Source: Escherichia phage vB_EcoM-pEK20
DNA: 64,000 nucleotides
Sequence record: MZ868638.1
Reading direction: 5' to 3' (one strand)
Shown here: piece by piece, positions 53,109 to 62,708 of the stretch
How positions within the stretch are numbered: the stretch's first letter is position 1
Layout of the letters: every line of letters begins with the position of its first letter
Made by a program: the position numbers and the translations under genes
Notes under the pieces: model-generated
What the model saw: the letters and a program-made list of their open reading frames with translations, nothing else
What the model was told of the DNA's origin: nothing
Database searches by the model: none

Positions 53109-53396
53109 ATGGATTTTATGCAAAAAATTAAAGCCGCAGTAGAACTCTATGCTCATCGTATGGTTAGTTCTACAATGCAATATAGCGAGGAGGTTCGCCA
53201 GGACTCTTCCTTGAAAGGAAAAACTAAAGCCTTAATTACCTTAGATCGTTTGCAAAAGAATGCCATAGAGATGCTCCAGTACGACAAGGCTGTATATAAG
53301 AAAGAACAGGAAGAGAAACTTAAATCTGAAAAATTACAGAAAATTCCGAAATCGGTTTGGTTCAGTGGAAAAAATACCGAAAAAAGTTTCTTTTAG
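53109..53396 (+). CDS. hypothetical protein (95 aa), helical and Lys/Glu-rich
   Basis: ORF after AGAGGA. Confidence 0.55.
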   Translation: MDFMQKIKAAVELYAHRMVSSTMQYSEEVRQDSSLKGKTKALITLDRLQKNAIEMLQYDKAVYKKEQEEKLKSEKLQKIPKSVWFSGKNTEKSFF

Positions 53397-53398
53397 TT

Positions 53399-53429
53399 GT
53401 TTACAAGGTCTATAGTTATGTTATTATAG
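53399..53429 (+). promoter_or_regulatory. early promoter with palindrome GGTCTATAG...TATAGACC
   Basis: GTTTAC-N17-TATTAT. Confidence 0.55.
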
Positions 53430-53454
53430 ACCTATCAACTACTGGAGGTAAAAC

Positions 53455-53982
53455 ATGAACGCTAAAGATATTTTCAACCTGGTAAATTATAACGACGGTA
53501 AATTTAAATCTGAAGCACAAAGCAAGTTCTTTAATGACGTTGCTTATGGTAACGAGATTACCGTGGACGGAGGTCAGATTTTCAAATCTCGCTGGAATTG
53601 GATTGCTATCATCGATTCAGTTGGAATTGTGGAAGTCTACAAAAACACTAACAAAAAACGTACATTATTCTGGTCTCGTGAAACTAACGAGCAGTACAAA
53701 AAGGATAAAGCATCTCGTTTATCCAAAGTAACCCAGGAAGATATCGAGTTTATCAAGAAAGATATCGAGATGTACGAAAATTTAATCGCTGAAGACCAGG
53801 CAGTACTCGACAAGTTTGACGAAATTAAAGCTTCTCGTGAAATCCCTGACTTCATGAAAGAAACAGTAAATGAACGATACGCTCTCACTTCAGAACGTAT
53901 TGCAAACTATACAAAACAGAAAGCAGAACGTATTAGTACTCTTCGGAAATTTGAAGAACGTTTAAAGACGGTTCACGCATAA
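53455..53982 (+). CDS. hypothetical protein (175 aa)
   Basis: ORF after GGAGG. Confidence 0.6.
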   Translation: MNAKDIFNLVNYNDGKFKSEAQSKFFNDVAYGNEITVDGGQIFKSRWNWIAIIDSVGIVEVYKNTNKKRTLFWSRETNEQYKKDKASRLSKVTQEDIEFIKKDIEMYENLIAEDQAVLDKFDEIKASREIPDFMKETVNERYALTSERIANYTKQKAERISTLRKFEERLKTVHA

Positions 53983-54044
53983 ACGCTTTACCCAAGGACG
54001 GGTTATAATGGTTTTGAGTTCCAATTCAATCTGAGGAAATAGTT

Positions 54045-55040
54045 ATGAGCATTACATCTGATGCGGTAAAACATGAAATTAACGGTTTATGTGCTTCACA
54101 GATTAAAGTGTGGTTTAAAGACCATAATGATCGCAGAGCACTTAATTATGAGCAAATTGCTATCCAAGTTCATCAATTACTGACTAGTAAATTTGATTTT
54201 CATATGCCGTCTGAAATTTATACTAATCTACCACGAGCGCTTATTAAAGCGTGTAAAGGTTACGGAAAATCAATGGCCGATGGAATCTTCAGCGCGCTGA
54301 ATAAACTTAACGTTCTGTCGATGATTAACTCTAACAACATCCTGCGTAATCTAGGACGTACTGATTTGTTCGGCCGTGAACAGTGTAAAATGCCTTTGAA
54401 ATGGATTGTTGCTCATCTTAACGAGAACCAAACACGTTTTATGGCCGTATCAGCACGCTTACAAATGGGTCTAGATCGTCAGATGAACTTTAAAACTCAT
54501 CCACGTTATTCAGGTTCAACAGACTTTTATAAATGTGAGCTTCAAAAGGTTGCAGGTAAAACTGTCTTAGTAGTTCGTGTAACGTTTGAAGGACGACGTC
54601 AAGGATATTTTGACCTAATCGGCTCTGGACTTAAACATTGTGGATTTATTGACGAAGTTGATATCAAGCGAGACAGCATTGGATACCGTATTGGATATGT
54701 TTGTACTCTTAAAGAAGAGATTTCAGGACCAGCACCAGGACTAAAAGACGTTAGATATAAAGACGAACTCGTTGAAGAAATAAAAGAAGTTGAATATGAT
54801 ATCAACCAAGAAGATGCTCTTAAAGACCTTATTGATGAACTAAACCAAGACGTTATTCCGGTTCAGAAATTTGAATCAAAACATGCTGAGCAAATCAAAT
54901 ACTTTGAAGCTTTGATTAACGAACTTAATGTAACTATTCAACAGACTGATGATGAAATCTCACGATTAGCAGGCTTAAACGGTAAAAATAAAACAGAACG
55001 AGCTAATCTTATCCAGGTAGTAAAACTTCTTAAGGAATGA
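54045..55040 (+). CDS. hypothetical protein (331 aa) with C-terminal coiled coil
   Basis: Preceded by a GCTTTA-N13-TATAAT element (MotA-box-like). Confidence 0.6.
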   Translation: MSITSDAVKHEINGLCASQIKVWFKDHNDRRALNYEQIAIQVHQLLTSKFDFHMPSEIYTNLPRALIKACKGYGKSMADGIFSALNKLNVLSMINSNNILRNLGRTDLFGREQCKMPLKWIVAHLNENQTRFMAVSARLQMGLDRQMNFKTHPRYSGSTDFYKCELQKVAGKTVLVVRVTFEGRRQGYFDLIGSGLKHCGFIDEVDIKRDSIGYRIGYVCTLKEEISGPAPGLKDVRYKDELVEEIKEVEYDINQEDALKDLIDELNQDVIPVQKFESKHAEQIKYFEALINELNVTIQQTDDEISRLAGLNGKNKTERANLIQVVKLLKE

Positions 55041-55069
55041 TGTACAACCAAGGATGGTTGGAGTATAAT
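55040..55069 (+). promoter_or_regulatory. early promoter ATGTAC-N18-TATAAT
   Basis: ACCAAGGATGGTTGGAGTATAAT shared with the 56036 promoter. Confidence 0.55.
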
Positions 55070-55095
55070 AAATTTTTCAACATGAGGAATATAAA

Positions 55096-56031
55096 ATGGC
55101 TTCTATTACACGTAGAGAACTTATCAAAGAATTTACCTCGAACGCATATACCCCAGGACCTAATCCTATCCGTATGCCTGTAAAGACTCCTGAAGAGATT
55201 GAGGAAATCTGTTCATATTATGGGATTAATTCTCGTAAGTTTACTCAATTTGAATGCGTTACTAACACACCCGTTAAAGAGTTCATTAAAAATGGTGAGT
55301 TCAGCCGTTTATTAGCCAAACAGAAACTTCGTAATTTTTGTATTGGCGGTGAAGGACAATATTTCGCTAAGCAGTTCAGGAATAACCTTAACAATCTGAT
55401 GGCCATTGCTTCTCGTATTCGTCCTCAAGCAATTAACATGAAACATTTGAAATATACTTACGATAAGTTAGAAATCATGGTTATCAGTGAGAACGAGTTC
55501 ACTCTTACGTATAAACCTAAGAATGATAACGTTGCTCGTGTATTCCACCAAGCGTTGGAAGTTTTAGGTGATAATATCCACCAGATTAAAGCAATTTATT
55601 CTCGTGAGCTTAATATTATCAACCCTATCAAGAATAAGGGCCATATCGCTATCCAGGCTCGTGTATCTGTTGGTAAAAAGGTTCCTGCGCCATGGTGGCA
55701 CAAAGACTCTGAATACTATCAAAATCTTAAAAAGGAAAATGCAACGTTCGAAGCGTCAATTACTACAACCCCAATTGGCAATGCTGAAGTTCAAGGTGCA
55801 TATTTTACTGCTCCATCTATATACACTTCACCGTCGACTAAACTGGAAATCTCTAACGGTCTTCTTCCTGCCGAAGATTACTATTATAATCAAATCAAAG
55901 CCACTGTGGACCAACTGTCTGTTGAACTTGACAAAGCACAAGCTAAGCTTCGTGATGCTCAACAAGTAGTTACCAAGCTCCAGTTGCAGTACTCTAAACT
56001 TTTTAACGCAATGAATGCATTAAAATCATAA
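55096..56031 (+). CDS. hypothetical protein (311 aa) with C-terminal coiled coil
   Basis: ORF after GAGGAA. Confidence 0.6.
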   Translation: MASITRRELIKEFTSNAYTPGPNPIRMPVKTPEEIEEICSYYGINSRKFTQFECVTNTPVKEFIKNGEFSRLLAKQKLRNFCIGGEGQYFAKQFRNNLNNLMAIASRIRPQAINMKHLKYTYDKLEIMVISENEFTLTYKPKNDNVARVFHQALEVLGDNIHQIKAIYSRELNIINPIKNKGHIAIQARVSVGKKVPAPWWHKDSEYYQNLKKENATFEASITTTPIGNAEVQGAYFTAPSIYTSPSTKLEISNGLLPAEDYYYNQIKATVDQLSVELDKAQAKLRDAQQVVTKLQLQYSKLFNAMNALKS

Positions 56032-56035
56032 ATCA

Positions 56036-56065
56036 GTTTACAACCAAGGATGGTTGGAGTATAAT
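56036..56065 (+). promoter_or_regulatory. early promoter GTTTAC-N18-TATAAT
   Basis: Near-duplicate of the 55040 promoter. Confidence 0.6.
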
Positions 56066-56093
56066 CTTTCTATCTTAACGAGAGGAAAATATT

Positions 56094-57038
56094 ATGACAC
56101 GTTCACATTACATTGATTATTTTGCAGGTCTTATCGCTAACGTTCATGCCCAACGTGCTTCTGGTTCATTAGGATTTGATGTTCCACACCGAGTTGTAGT
56201 AAGTGGTATTCTTCGCGATTTTGGTACATACACAGGCCAAGAAAATCATATCTGTAAAGATACTCAGAATGCATATTCTCATTCATTAGGGACACTGCTT
56301 CAATGGTTCAAACGTTCTCGTTTATTATCTTCTACTGTAGCTCGCGATAACATTAAAAACTTTATGAAGCCGAGCTTTATTAAATCTGTGACATCTAAAA
56401 CCGATTTGGTTGAATTCACTATTGTTAATGATGTTAAAAAGACTCATTTGGCTGATTGGTTATCTACCATTCCTGAAACTAAATTTGCTGATAAATTTGC
56501 TTGTGAATTCAATAACCAAGTGAATATGCTTTTTAAACATTCTCGTAAATTATTCACAGGCGGCGATGATCGTACAAATAAAGTTCATGTTAAAGATTGG
56601 GTTACTGCAGTATTCAAACCAACCGGTAATGGTAACGCATCATTATCAATTGATATCCAGGTTCCTTATTACTACTCACGTAATCTCGGTACCATGAAAG
56701 CCGAAGAAATTAATAAGCACAACAAAACCATTCGTTCGCTGTCTTATAAACTTCGCATGATGTTAAGAATCATGGACGTGGTAGAAATGTATGATGAAAC
56801 CGAAGATAATGGTTCAATGTTATACAGTTCTCGCATTCAAATTAAGTTGAAGAACCCTAACGAGTATAAGCCTATTAAAGAGCCTAAAGCAGAAAAAGTT
56901 GATAACTTAAGAGAAGAACGCGAATATCTCAAATCTCGTCTGAAAGAAGTCGAAGCCCAGATTGCAGAACAAACTAAATCGTTAAAAGCTCTGAATGCGA
57001 AAGCGGATGGCTTACGAAATGCCATTGAGGTGTTATAA
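56094..57038 (+). CDS. hypothetical protein (314 aa) with C-terminal coiled coil
   Basis: ORF after GAGAGGAAAA. Confidence 0.6.
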   Translation: MTRSHYIDYFAGLIANVHAQRASGSLGFDVPHRVVVSGILRDFGTYTGQENHICKDTQNAYSHSLGTLLQWFKRSRLLSSTVARDNIKNFMKPSFIKSVTSKTDLVEFTIVNDVKKTHLADWLSTIPETKFADKFACEFNNQVNMLFKHSRKLFTGGDDRTNKVHVKDWVTAVFKPTGNGNASLSIDIQVPYYYSRNLGTMKAEEINKHNKTIRSLSYKLRMMLRIMDVVEMYDETEDNGSMLYSSRIQIKLKNPNEYKPIKEPKAEKVDNLREEREYLKSRLKEVEAQIAEQTKSLKALNAKADGLRNAIEVL

Positions 57039-57343
57039 TGAAACTACGTCTTTTAGAGGATATTGATATGAGCACTAATCATGGCTTGGTTAAGTTTATT
57101 GACGATAGTTCAAAGATTGAATTTGTTCAGCGAGATAAAATCCACGGTGAAGAAGAGTTCGTTCCTCCGGCATGGAACGAAATCATGAAAATGGTTGAAC
57201 GACGTGAAAATGCTGCCAAATCGGCAGCAAAACATCCATGTCCGGAATGTGGAACTATCCAAGTCCAACTGGTTAACTGGACCACTGATAACTTGAAATT
57301 GAAATGCCGTAAATGCTTCCACAAATTTGAGAGAACATTATAA
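57038..57343 (+). CDS. zinc-ribbon protein (101 aa)
   Basis: CPECG-x19-CRKC four-Cys motif. Confidence 0.6.
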   Translation: MKLRLLEDIDMSTNHGLVKFIDDSSKIEFVQRDKIHGEEEFVPPAWNEIMKMVERRENAAKSAAKHPCPECGTIQVQLVNWTTDNLKLKCRKCFHKFERTL

Positions 57344-57756
57344 TGAGATATAGCTTTCGTTGTTTTATCGCAGCTTTAGTTTTTGCTATTATTCCATTCA
57401 TTTGGAACAGCCAGAATACTTACATGGAAACTAAAGTAATTCCTGTGGAGGTAGTGGAATTAATCTCAGGCCAATCTACAGGAAAATATTCTAAATTAGA
57501 ATTTATTGCAGTCTATAAAGATGAGCAAGGACGAGTTTTTGACAGGCGTGTATCGCCGTCGTTTTATACGCTTCTGAATAAAGGTGATACGATAGCTATA
57601 GAAATTCGTGAGATGGATATAAAACAAACTACTAAAGATAACTTGATTTGGTTCTTTGGTACAGTGTTGTTGGTTTCTATCTGTATCACAGGTTTTATTA
57701 CATGTATTGTATTTGGCATTGCATATTTAATCGATGAAAGGAAAAATAATGTTTAA
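57343..57756 (+). CDS. membrane protein (137 aa)
   Basis: N-terminal and C-terminal hydrophobic helices. Confidence 0.6.
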   Translation: MRYSFRCFIAALVFAIIPFIWNSQNTYMETKVIPVEVVELISGQSTGKYSKLEFIAVYKDEQGRVFDRRVSPSFYTLLNKGDTIAIEIREMDIKQTTKDNLIWFFGTVLLVSICITGFITCIVFGIAYLIDERKNNV

Positions 57757-58012
57757 AGTGTACGGGTATGACTCTACTATTCATAAATGCATTTATTGCG
57801 ATAATGCGAAACGATTGCTGACTGTTAAGAAACAACCATTCGAATTCATTAATGTTATGCCAGAAAAAGGTGTGTTCGATGATGAGAAAATTGCTGAGCT
57901 TCTGGTTAAGCTTGGTCGTGAATCACAAGTTGGATTGACTATGCCTCAAGTGTTTGCTCCTGATGGAACTTCGATCGGTGGCTTTGACCAACTACGAGAA
58001 TATTTTAAATGA
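57749..58012 (+). CDS. nrdC: phage glutaredoxin/thioredoxin NrdC
   Basis: MFKVYGYDSTIHKCIYCDNAKRLLTVKKQPFEFINVMPEKG... with C-x-Y-C active site; 87 aa as in T4. Confidence 0.92.
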   Translation: MFKVYGYDSTIHKCIYCDNAKRLLTVKKQPFEFINVMPEKGVFDDEKIAELLVKLGRESQVGLTMPQVFAPDGTSIGGFDQLREYFK

Positions 58013-58365
58013 CATATTCATTAAATCTTAAAGATTTCCAAGATGTATACGAAGTTTGTGCCAATGAACTTGGTCCTGATGCTCCAACTATTATTGAAGT
58101 TTTAAATGTGCTCCCTTCATCATTAGCTTACGAAGCCAAATCATGGGGTTGGAACGACACTGTCGTTCGTGATGACCTTTACGTCCTGATGAACGATATG
58201 ATGGTTAAAAAGGCAGAACCGGTTGCACCAATGGTTACCATTACCGTTGAAGAATATAATCGCCTGCAAGCCATTGAAGAGCTTCTGTGGAACATTGAAT
58301 GTGACCTGCCATCCGGACTAGAATCCTGGATTGATTATGAAGAGCTCAATAAACTCCGGGGTTAA
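58009..58365 (+). CDS. hypothetical acidic protein (118 aa)
   Basis: ORF with ATGA overlap to nrdC. Confidence 0.6.
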   Translation: MTYSLNLKDFQDVYEVCANELGPDAPTIIEVLNVLPSSLAYEAKSWGWNDTVVRDDLYVLMNDMMVKKAEPVAPMVTITVEEYNRLQAIEELLWNIECDLPSGLESWIDYEELNKLRG

Positions 58366-58493
58366 ACCGTGGTATTCGGCTCGATGGGAGACAGTCGAGC
58401 CAGACGTCGAAACAGTTTACAATGACGAAGAAACGTGTTATGATGAACCTTCAATAAATGAATTAATTGATATGGAAATGGGAAGAGATTATT

Positions 58494-58664
58494 ATGCAAG
58501 TTAAATTATTGTACCGTTTATTAAAAAATGGCAAGCATGATTGGTATTTGCTTATTAAAACCGATCCGAATTTTTTCTCTGGACAACCATTTACAGTTCG
58601 TCCTACTAAACGTCAGCTTCGCAAAGCTAAACGTTCTCATCGTAACTTTTATAGAGAATATTGA
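58494..58664 (+). CDS. small basic protein, paralog A (RPTKR...HRNFY motif)
   Basis: 56 aa; ...FTVRPTKRQLRKAKRSHRNFYREY. Confidence 0.5.
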   Translation: MQVKLLYRLLKNGKHDWYLLIKTDPNFFSGQPFTVRPTKRQLRKAKRSHRNFYREY

Positions 58665-58665
58665 T

Positions 58666-59079
58666 ATGAATATTTCTGAAACTCGCGGTAAATGGTTCAA
58701 GATTGTTAAAGAAGACGAAGAACTCCAAGATAAGTTTCCTGAATTAAAGAAAGATACGATCATCAAGGTAATTGGTACTACTACCGAAGATGGTTATGGC
58801 GACCATGGCATTATCGAAGTGATGTTGAACACAGGTGAGAAACTTTGCATCTATGACCGTGATACTTCTCTTTGGTGCTTCTGGGAATCCCATTCAATAG
58901 ATGAACTCGAAGAAATTGACCAAGTAGTTTGTGATGGTGGACTTGGCGAATTCAAAGGTGAACGTATTTCTTATGCTTTAGCTAAATTAGCCGCCCAAGA
59001 AAATAATGACGGTTATGAAGGTAATCTGATGCAAGCCGCAGCGGAATACATTGAATATTTAGAAAGACGTTTAAGTTAA
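58666..59079 (+). CDS. hypothetical acidic protein (137 aa) flanked by paralogous small basic genes
   Basis: ATG at 58666. Confidence 0.55.
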   Translation: MNISETRGKWFKIVKEDEELQDKFPELKKDTIIKVIGTTTEDGYGDHGIIEVMLNTGEKLCIYDRDTSLWCFWESHSIDELEEIDQVVCDGGLGEFKGERISYALAKLAAQENNDGYEGNLMQAAAEYIEYLERRLS

Positions 59080-59088
59080 GGGCTTATT

Positions 59089-59268
59089 ATGAAAACTGCA
59101 TTATTTTTTGGCGAAAGAACAAACGGTCAAAAATCTTGGAAATTTGTTATAATTGGTGCTCCAAACAATCCGAACATGAGGACTTCAATCATTTCGGTAA
59201 CACGTCCTACTAAAAGAATGATTCGCCAATACAAACGTTTTCATCGAGACTTTTATAACGTTTACTAA
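59089..59268 (+). CDS. small basic protein, paralog B (RPTKR...HRDFY motif)
   Basis: 59 aa; ...VTRPTKRMIRQYKRFHRDFYNVY; below the ORF-track cutoff. Confidence 0.5.
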   Translation: MKTALFFGERTNGQKSWKFVIIGAPNNPNMRTSIISVTRPTKRMIRQYKRFHRDFYNVY

Positions 59269-59270
59269 AT

Positions 59271-59278
59271 TATAAATA
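59271..59278 (+). promoter_or_regulatory. late promoter TATAAATA upstream of gene 49
   Basis: Exact TATAAATA 30 nt upstream of the gene 49 ATG; its 3' end starts the hairpin at 59278-59302. Confidence 0.65.
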
Positions 59279-59302
59279 CCCTTATCTATTTAAGGTAAGG
59301 GT
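59278..59302 (+). promoter_or_regulatory. hairpin covering the gene 49 ribosome binding site
   Basis: ACCCTTA-loop-TAAGGGT inverted repeat; the 3' arm contains the Shine-Dalgarno AAGGG. Confidence 0.55.
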
Positions 59303-59307
59303 TTATC

Positions 59308-59781
59308 ATGTTATTATCAGGCGCAAAATATAAAGAAGAAAAACAAAAATTTTATGATGCACAGAACGGTAAGTGTCCTATTTGCCACCGTGAATTAGAC
59401 CCTGATGTTCAAGGTAACCATCTTGACCACGACCACGAATTAAACGGGCCAAAAGCCGGTAGAGTTCGTGGATTACTCTGTAATCTGTGCAACGCAGCAG
59501 AAGGTCAAATGAAGCATAAGTTCAACCGTTCCGGTCTTAAAGGACGTGATGTCGACTACCTCGAATGGCTTGAAGCTCTTCTTGCTTATTTGAAACAAGA
59601 TTATTCTGATAATAATATCCATCCTAATTTTGTTCCAGACAAAACTAAAGAGTTCTCAAGACTAGGTAAAGAGGAAATGATGGCTGAGATGCTTCAAAGA
59701 GGATTTGAATATAATGAATCTGATACCAAAACACAATTAATAGCTTCATTCAAAAAGCAGCTTAGAAAGAGTTTAAAATGA
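59308..59781 (+). CDS. 49: endonuclease VII (Holliday junction resolvase, gene 49)
   Basis: MLLSGAKYKEEKQKFYDAQNGKCPICHRELDPDVQGNHLDHDHELNGPKAG...; near-identical to T4 endo VII. Confidence 0.93.
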   Translation: MLLSGAKYKEEKQKFYDAQNGKCPICHRELDPDVQGNHLDHDHELNGPKAGRVRGLLCNLCNAAEGQMKHKFNRSGLKGRDVDYLEWLEALLAYLKQDYSDNNIHPNFVPDKTKEFSRLGKEEMMAEMLQRGFEYNESDTKTQLIASFKKQLRKSLK

Positions 59782-61595
59782 AAATTGAAAAAGAAATTGA
59801 AGGATTAATTCATAAAACTAATAAAGATCTTTTGAACGAGAATGCTAATAAAGATTCTCGTGTTTTTCCAACTCAACGGGACCTTATGGCTGGTATTGTG
59901 TCTAAGCACATTGCCAAAAATATGGTCCCGTCTTTTATTATGAAAGCACATGAAAGCGGAATTGTCCATTTCCATGATATTGATTATTCCCCTGCTCTTC
60001 CATTTACTAATTGCTGTTTAGTAGATTTAAAAGGAATGCTTGAAAACGGGTTTAAGCTAGGTAATGCTCAAATTGAAACGCCTAAATCGATTGGTGTTGC
60101 TACTGCAATTATGGCACAAATTACCGCACAGGTTGCTTCACATCAGTACGGCGGAACGACTTTTGCTAATGTAGATAAAGTACTTTCTCCTTATGTTAAA
60201 CGCACCTATGCAAAACATATTGAGGATGCAGAAAAATGGCAAATCGCTGATGCGTTGAATTATGCCCAATCTAAAACAGAAAAAGACGTATACGATGCAT
60301 TTCAAGCTTATGAGTATGAAGTAAATACTCTTTTTAGCTCAAACGGTCAAACGCCTTTTGTAACAATTACATTTGGTACTGGAACTGACTGGACTGAACG
60401 AATTATTCAGAAAGCAATTCTTAAAAACCGCATTAAAGGCCTTGGTCGTGATGGAATAACTCCTATTTTCCCTAAACTTGTTATGTTCATTGAAGAGGGT
60501 GTCAATCTTTATAAAGACGACCCGAACTATGATATTAAGCAGCTTGCTCTAGAGTGTGCAAGCAAAAGAATGTATCCTGATATTATTTCAGCTAAGAACA
60601 ATAAAGCTATCACTGGTTCATCTATTCCTGTTTCTCCAATGGGTTGTCGTAGTTTCTTGAGTGTATGGAAAGATTCGACTGGAAATGAAATTCTTGATGG
60701 ACGTAATAATCTTGGTGTTGTAACACTGAATCTTCCTCGTATTGCGTTAGATTCTTATATTGGAACACAATTCAATGAACAGAAATTTGTTGAGCTATTT
60801 AATGAACGAATGGATCTGTGTTTTGAAGCCTTGATGTGTAGAATTAGTTCTTTAAAGGGTGTTAAAGCAACAGTTGCTCCTATTCTTTACCAAGAAGGTG
60901 CATTTGGGGTTCGTCTTAAACCTGATGATGATATAATTGAGCTATTTAAAAACGGTAGAAGTTCAGTGTCTTTAGGATACATTGGTATTCACGAATTGAA
61001 TATTCTTGTCGGTCGTGATATTGGACAGGAAATTTTGACTAAAATGAATGCTCGTCTTAAGCAGTGGACTGAAAGAACCGGTTTTGCTTTTAGCTTGTAT
61101 TCTACTCCTGCTGAAAACCTGTGCTATCGCTTCTGTAAACTTGATACTGAAAAATATGGAAGTGTAAAAGATGTTACTGATAAAGGCTGGTACACTAATA
61201 GTTTCCATGTTTCAGTAGAAGAAAATATCACTCCGTTTGAAAAGATTTCTCGCGAAGCCCCATATCATTTCATTGCGACTGGCGGACACATTTCTTATGT
61301 TGAACTTCCTGATATGAAAAATAACCTAAAAGGTCTTGAGGCTGTCTGGGATTATGCTGCGCAACATTTAGATTATTTTGGTGTTAATATGCCAGTAGAT
61401 AAATGTTTTACGTGTGGAAGTACCCATGAAATGACTCCTACCGAAAACGGATTTGTTTGTTCTATTTGTGGAGAAACTGATCCTAAAAAGATGAACACAA
61501 TAAGAAGAACTTGTGGTTATCTTGGAAATCCTAACGAACGTGGATTTAATCTCGGCAAAAATAAAGAAATCATGCATAGGGTTAAACACCAATGA
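59778..61595 (+). CDS. nrdD: anaerobic ribonucleoside-triphosphate reductase NrdD (uninterrupted)
   Basis: 605 aa; C-terminal Cys cluster and glycyl-radical motif RRTCGYLG; one continuous ORF. Confidence 0.93.
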   Translation: MKIEKEIEGLIHKTNKDLLNENANKDSRVFPTQRDLMAGIVSKHIAKNMVPSFIMKAHESGIVHFHDIDYSPALPFTNCCLVDLKGMLENGFKLGNAQIETPKSIGVATAIMAQITAQVASHQYGGTTFANVDKVLSPYVKRTYAKHIEDAEKWQIADALNYAQSKTEKDVYDAFQAYEYEVNTLFSSNGQTPFVTITFGTGTDWTERIIQKAILKNRIKGLGRDGITPIFPKLVMFIEEGVNLYKDDPNYDIKQLALECASKRMYPDIISAKNNKAITGSSIPVSPMGCRSFLSVWKDSTGNEILDGRNNLGVVTLNLPRIALDSYIGTQFNEQKFVELFNERMDLCFEALMCRISSLKGVKATVAPILYQEGAFGVRLKPDDDIIELFKNGRSSVSLGYIGIHELNILVGRDIGQEILTKMNARLKQWTERTGFAFSLYSTPAENLCYRFCKLDTEKYGSVKDVTDKGWYTNSFHVSVEENITPFEKISREAPYHFIATGGHISYVELPDMKNNLKGLEAVWDYAAQHLDYFGVNMPVDKCFTCGSTHEMTPTENGFVCSICGETDPKKMNTIRRTCGYLGNPNERGFNLGKNKEIMHRVKHQ

Positions 61596-62062
61596 ATTAT
61601 GATAGATTTTATCCTTGCGATTTTGTGAATGGCCCTGGTTGCAGGGTCGTTCTTTTCGTTACAGGTTGTTTGCATAAATGCGAAGGGTGTTATAATAAAT
61701 CAACATGGAATGCTAGAAATGGTATTCCATTCACAGGTGAAACACTAGAGCAATTAATTGAATGTTTGAATAATGATTATATAGAAGGATTAACTATAAC
61801 TGGAGGAGACCCTCTCTATCCCGATAACAGAGATGTTGTTCATTGCATTGCTCAAACAGTAAAAAATCTTTATCCCAATAAAAGCATTTGGTTGTGGACA
61901 GGATATAAGTTTGAAGATATTAAACAACTAGAAATGCTTAAATATGTTGATGTTATTATTGATGGGAAGTATGAGAAAAATCTTCCGACCAAAAAACTGT
62001 GGCGAGGATCAGATAATCAGCGACTTTGGTCAAATACCGATGGGGTGTGGAAACATGATTAA
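61592..62062 (+). CDS. nrdG: anaerobic ribonucleotide reductase activating protein NrdG (radical SAM)
   Basis: Radical-SAM Cys cluster GCLHKCEGCYN. Confidence 0.92.
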   Translation: MNYDRFYPCDFVNGPGCRVVLFVTGCLHKCEGCYNKSTWNARNGIPFTGETLEQLIECLNNDYIEGLTITGGDPLYPDNRDVVHCIAQTVKNLYPNKSIWLWTGYKFEDIKQLEMLKYVDVIIDGKYEKNLPTKKLWRGSDNQRLWSNTDGVWKHD

Positions 62063-62172
62063 ATTGAATTACATTATGGATACTATAAATGATATGATTT
62101 TTCGTTTTGGTCCAGAATTTTATTCGCAGTATAGTTTGGTGTTTATCAATGCTTAGTTAATTAAGGGTAAAT

Positions 62173-62388
62173 ATGTATAAATTTCGTAAAGGTTTAGCTG
62201 ATTTTCTTACAACTGTAACGTTCTTTTTGTTTATGGCAGTTGGAGCTATTTTTCTTATTCCTTTTACTGTTGTATTTTTCTTGATTAGTTTAATTTCTCC
62301 GGAAAAGGGTTTATCCTCCAGCGAATTCAATGAACGTTTGGACAAAATTACTAATAAACTGAATTCTGTTCTTGATAAAAAGGCTTAA
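62173..62388 (+). CDS. small membrane protein (71 aa)
   Basis: One long hydrophobic helix. Confidence 0.55.
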   Translation: MYKFRKGLADFLTTVTFFLFMAVGAIFLIPFTVVFFLISLISPEKGLSSSEFNERLDKITNKLNSVLDKKA

Positions 62389-62390
62389 TT

Positions 62391-62708
62391 ATGATTAGTT
62401 TTGAGCGGTATGTGGTAGAGAGTTGGAAAGGTTTTGATATGTTCGGTAATGACTATTATTTTTACGAATGTAATCTAAATCCTAGTTTTTGGGCTGGACG
62501 TGAACGAGATCTCGAAGAAATTAATGCTCGTGCCGAATTGTTAGGTGAACTGCCTACAGTTTATTTTACCTTTGATGAATCTGGATTTGTTATCCAGGTT
62601 TATTTTCCTGAAGAAAACTCTGGCGAGGATTCTGTTAATCCTCCTTATTGGGCTTACCAAGGAATTATTTCTCGTGGAACAAAACTCGAACTTAAAGAAC
62701 AAGATTGA
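62391..62708 (+). CDS. hypothetical protein (105 aa)
   Basis: ORF after an ATGA overlap. Confidence 0.6.
   Translation: MISFERYVVESWKGFDMFGNDYYFYECNLNPSFWAGRERDLEEINARAELLGELPTVYFTFDESGFVIQVYFPEENSGEDSVNPPYWAYQGIISRGTKLELKEQD

Noticed and set aside
53986-54010. Early promoter assignment for CTTTAC...TATAAT upstream of the 54045 gene
   Set aside because: Spacer is only 13 nt, too short for a -35/-10 promoter; the GCTTTA-N13-TATAAT spacing fits a MotA-dependent middle-promoter-like element better, so it was not listed as an early promoter.
59778-61595. Group I intron or homing endonuclease within nrdD
   Set aside because: nrdD is one continuous 605-aa ORF with no interruption, and no GIY-YIG or HNH endonuclease ORF was recognised anywhere in the window.
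62545-62697. N-terminal 50 aa of the 150-aa ORF preceding the thioredoxin-like domain
   Set aside because: Leu-rich off-frame-looking sequence fully overlapping the 62391 gene; probably not translated. The thioredoxin-fold part is retained as a feature with unresolved start.
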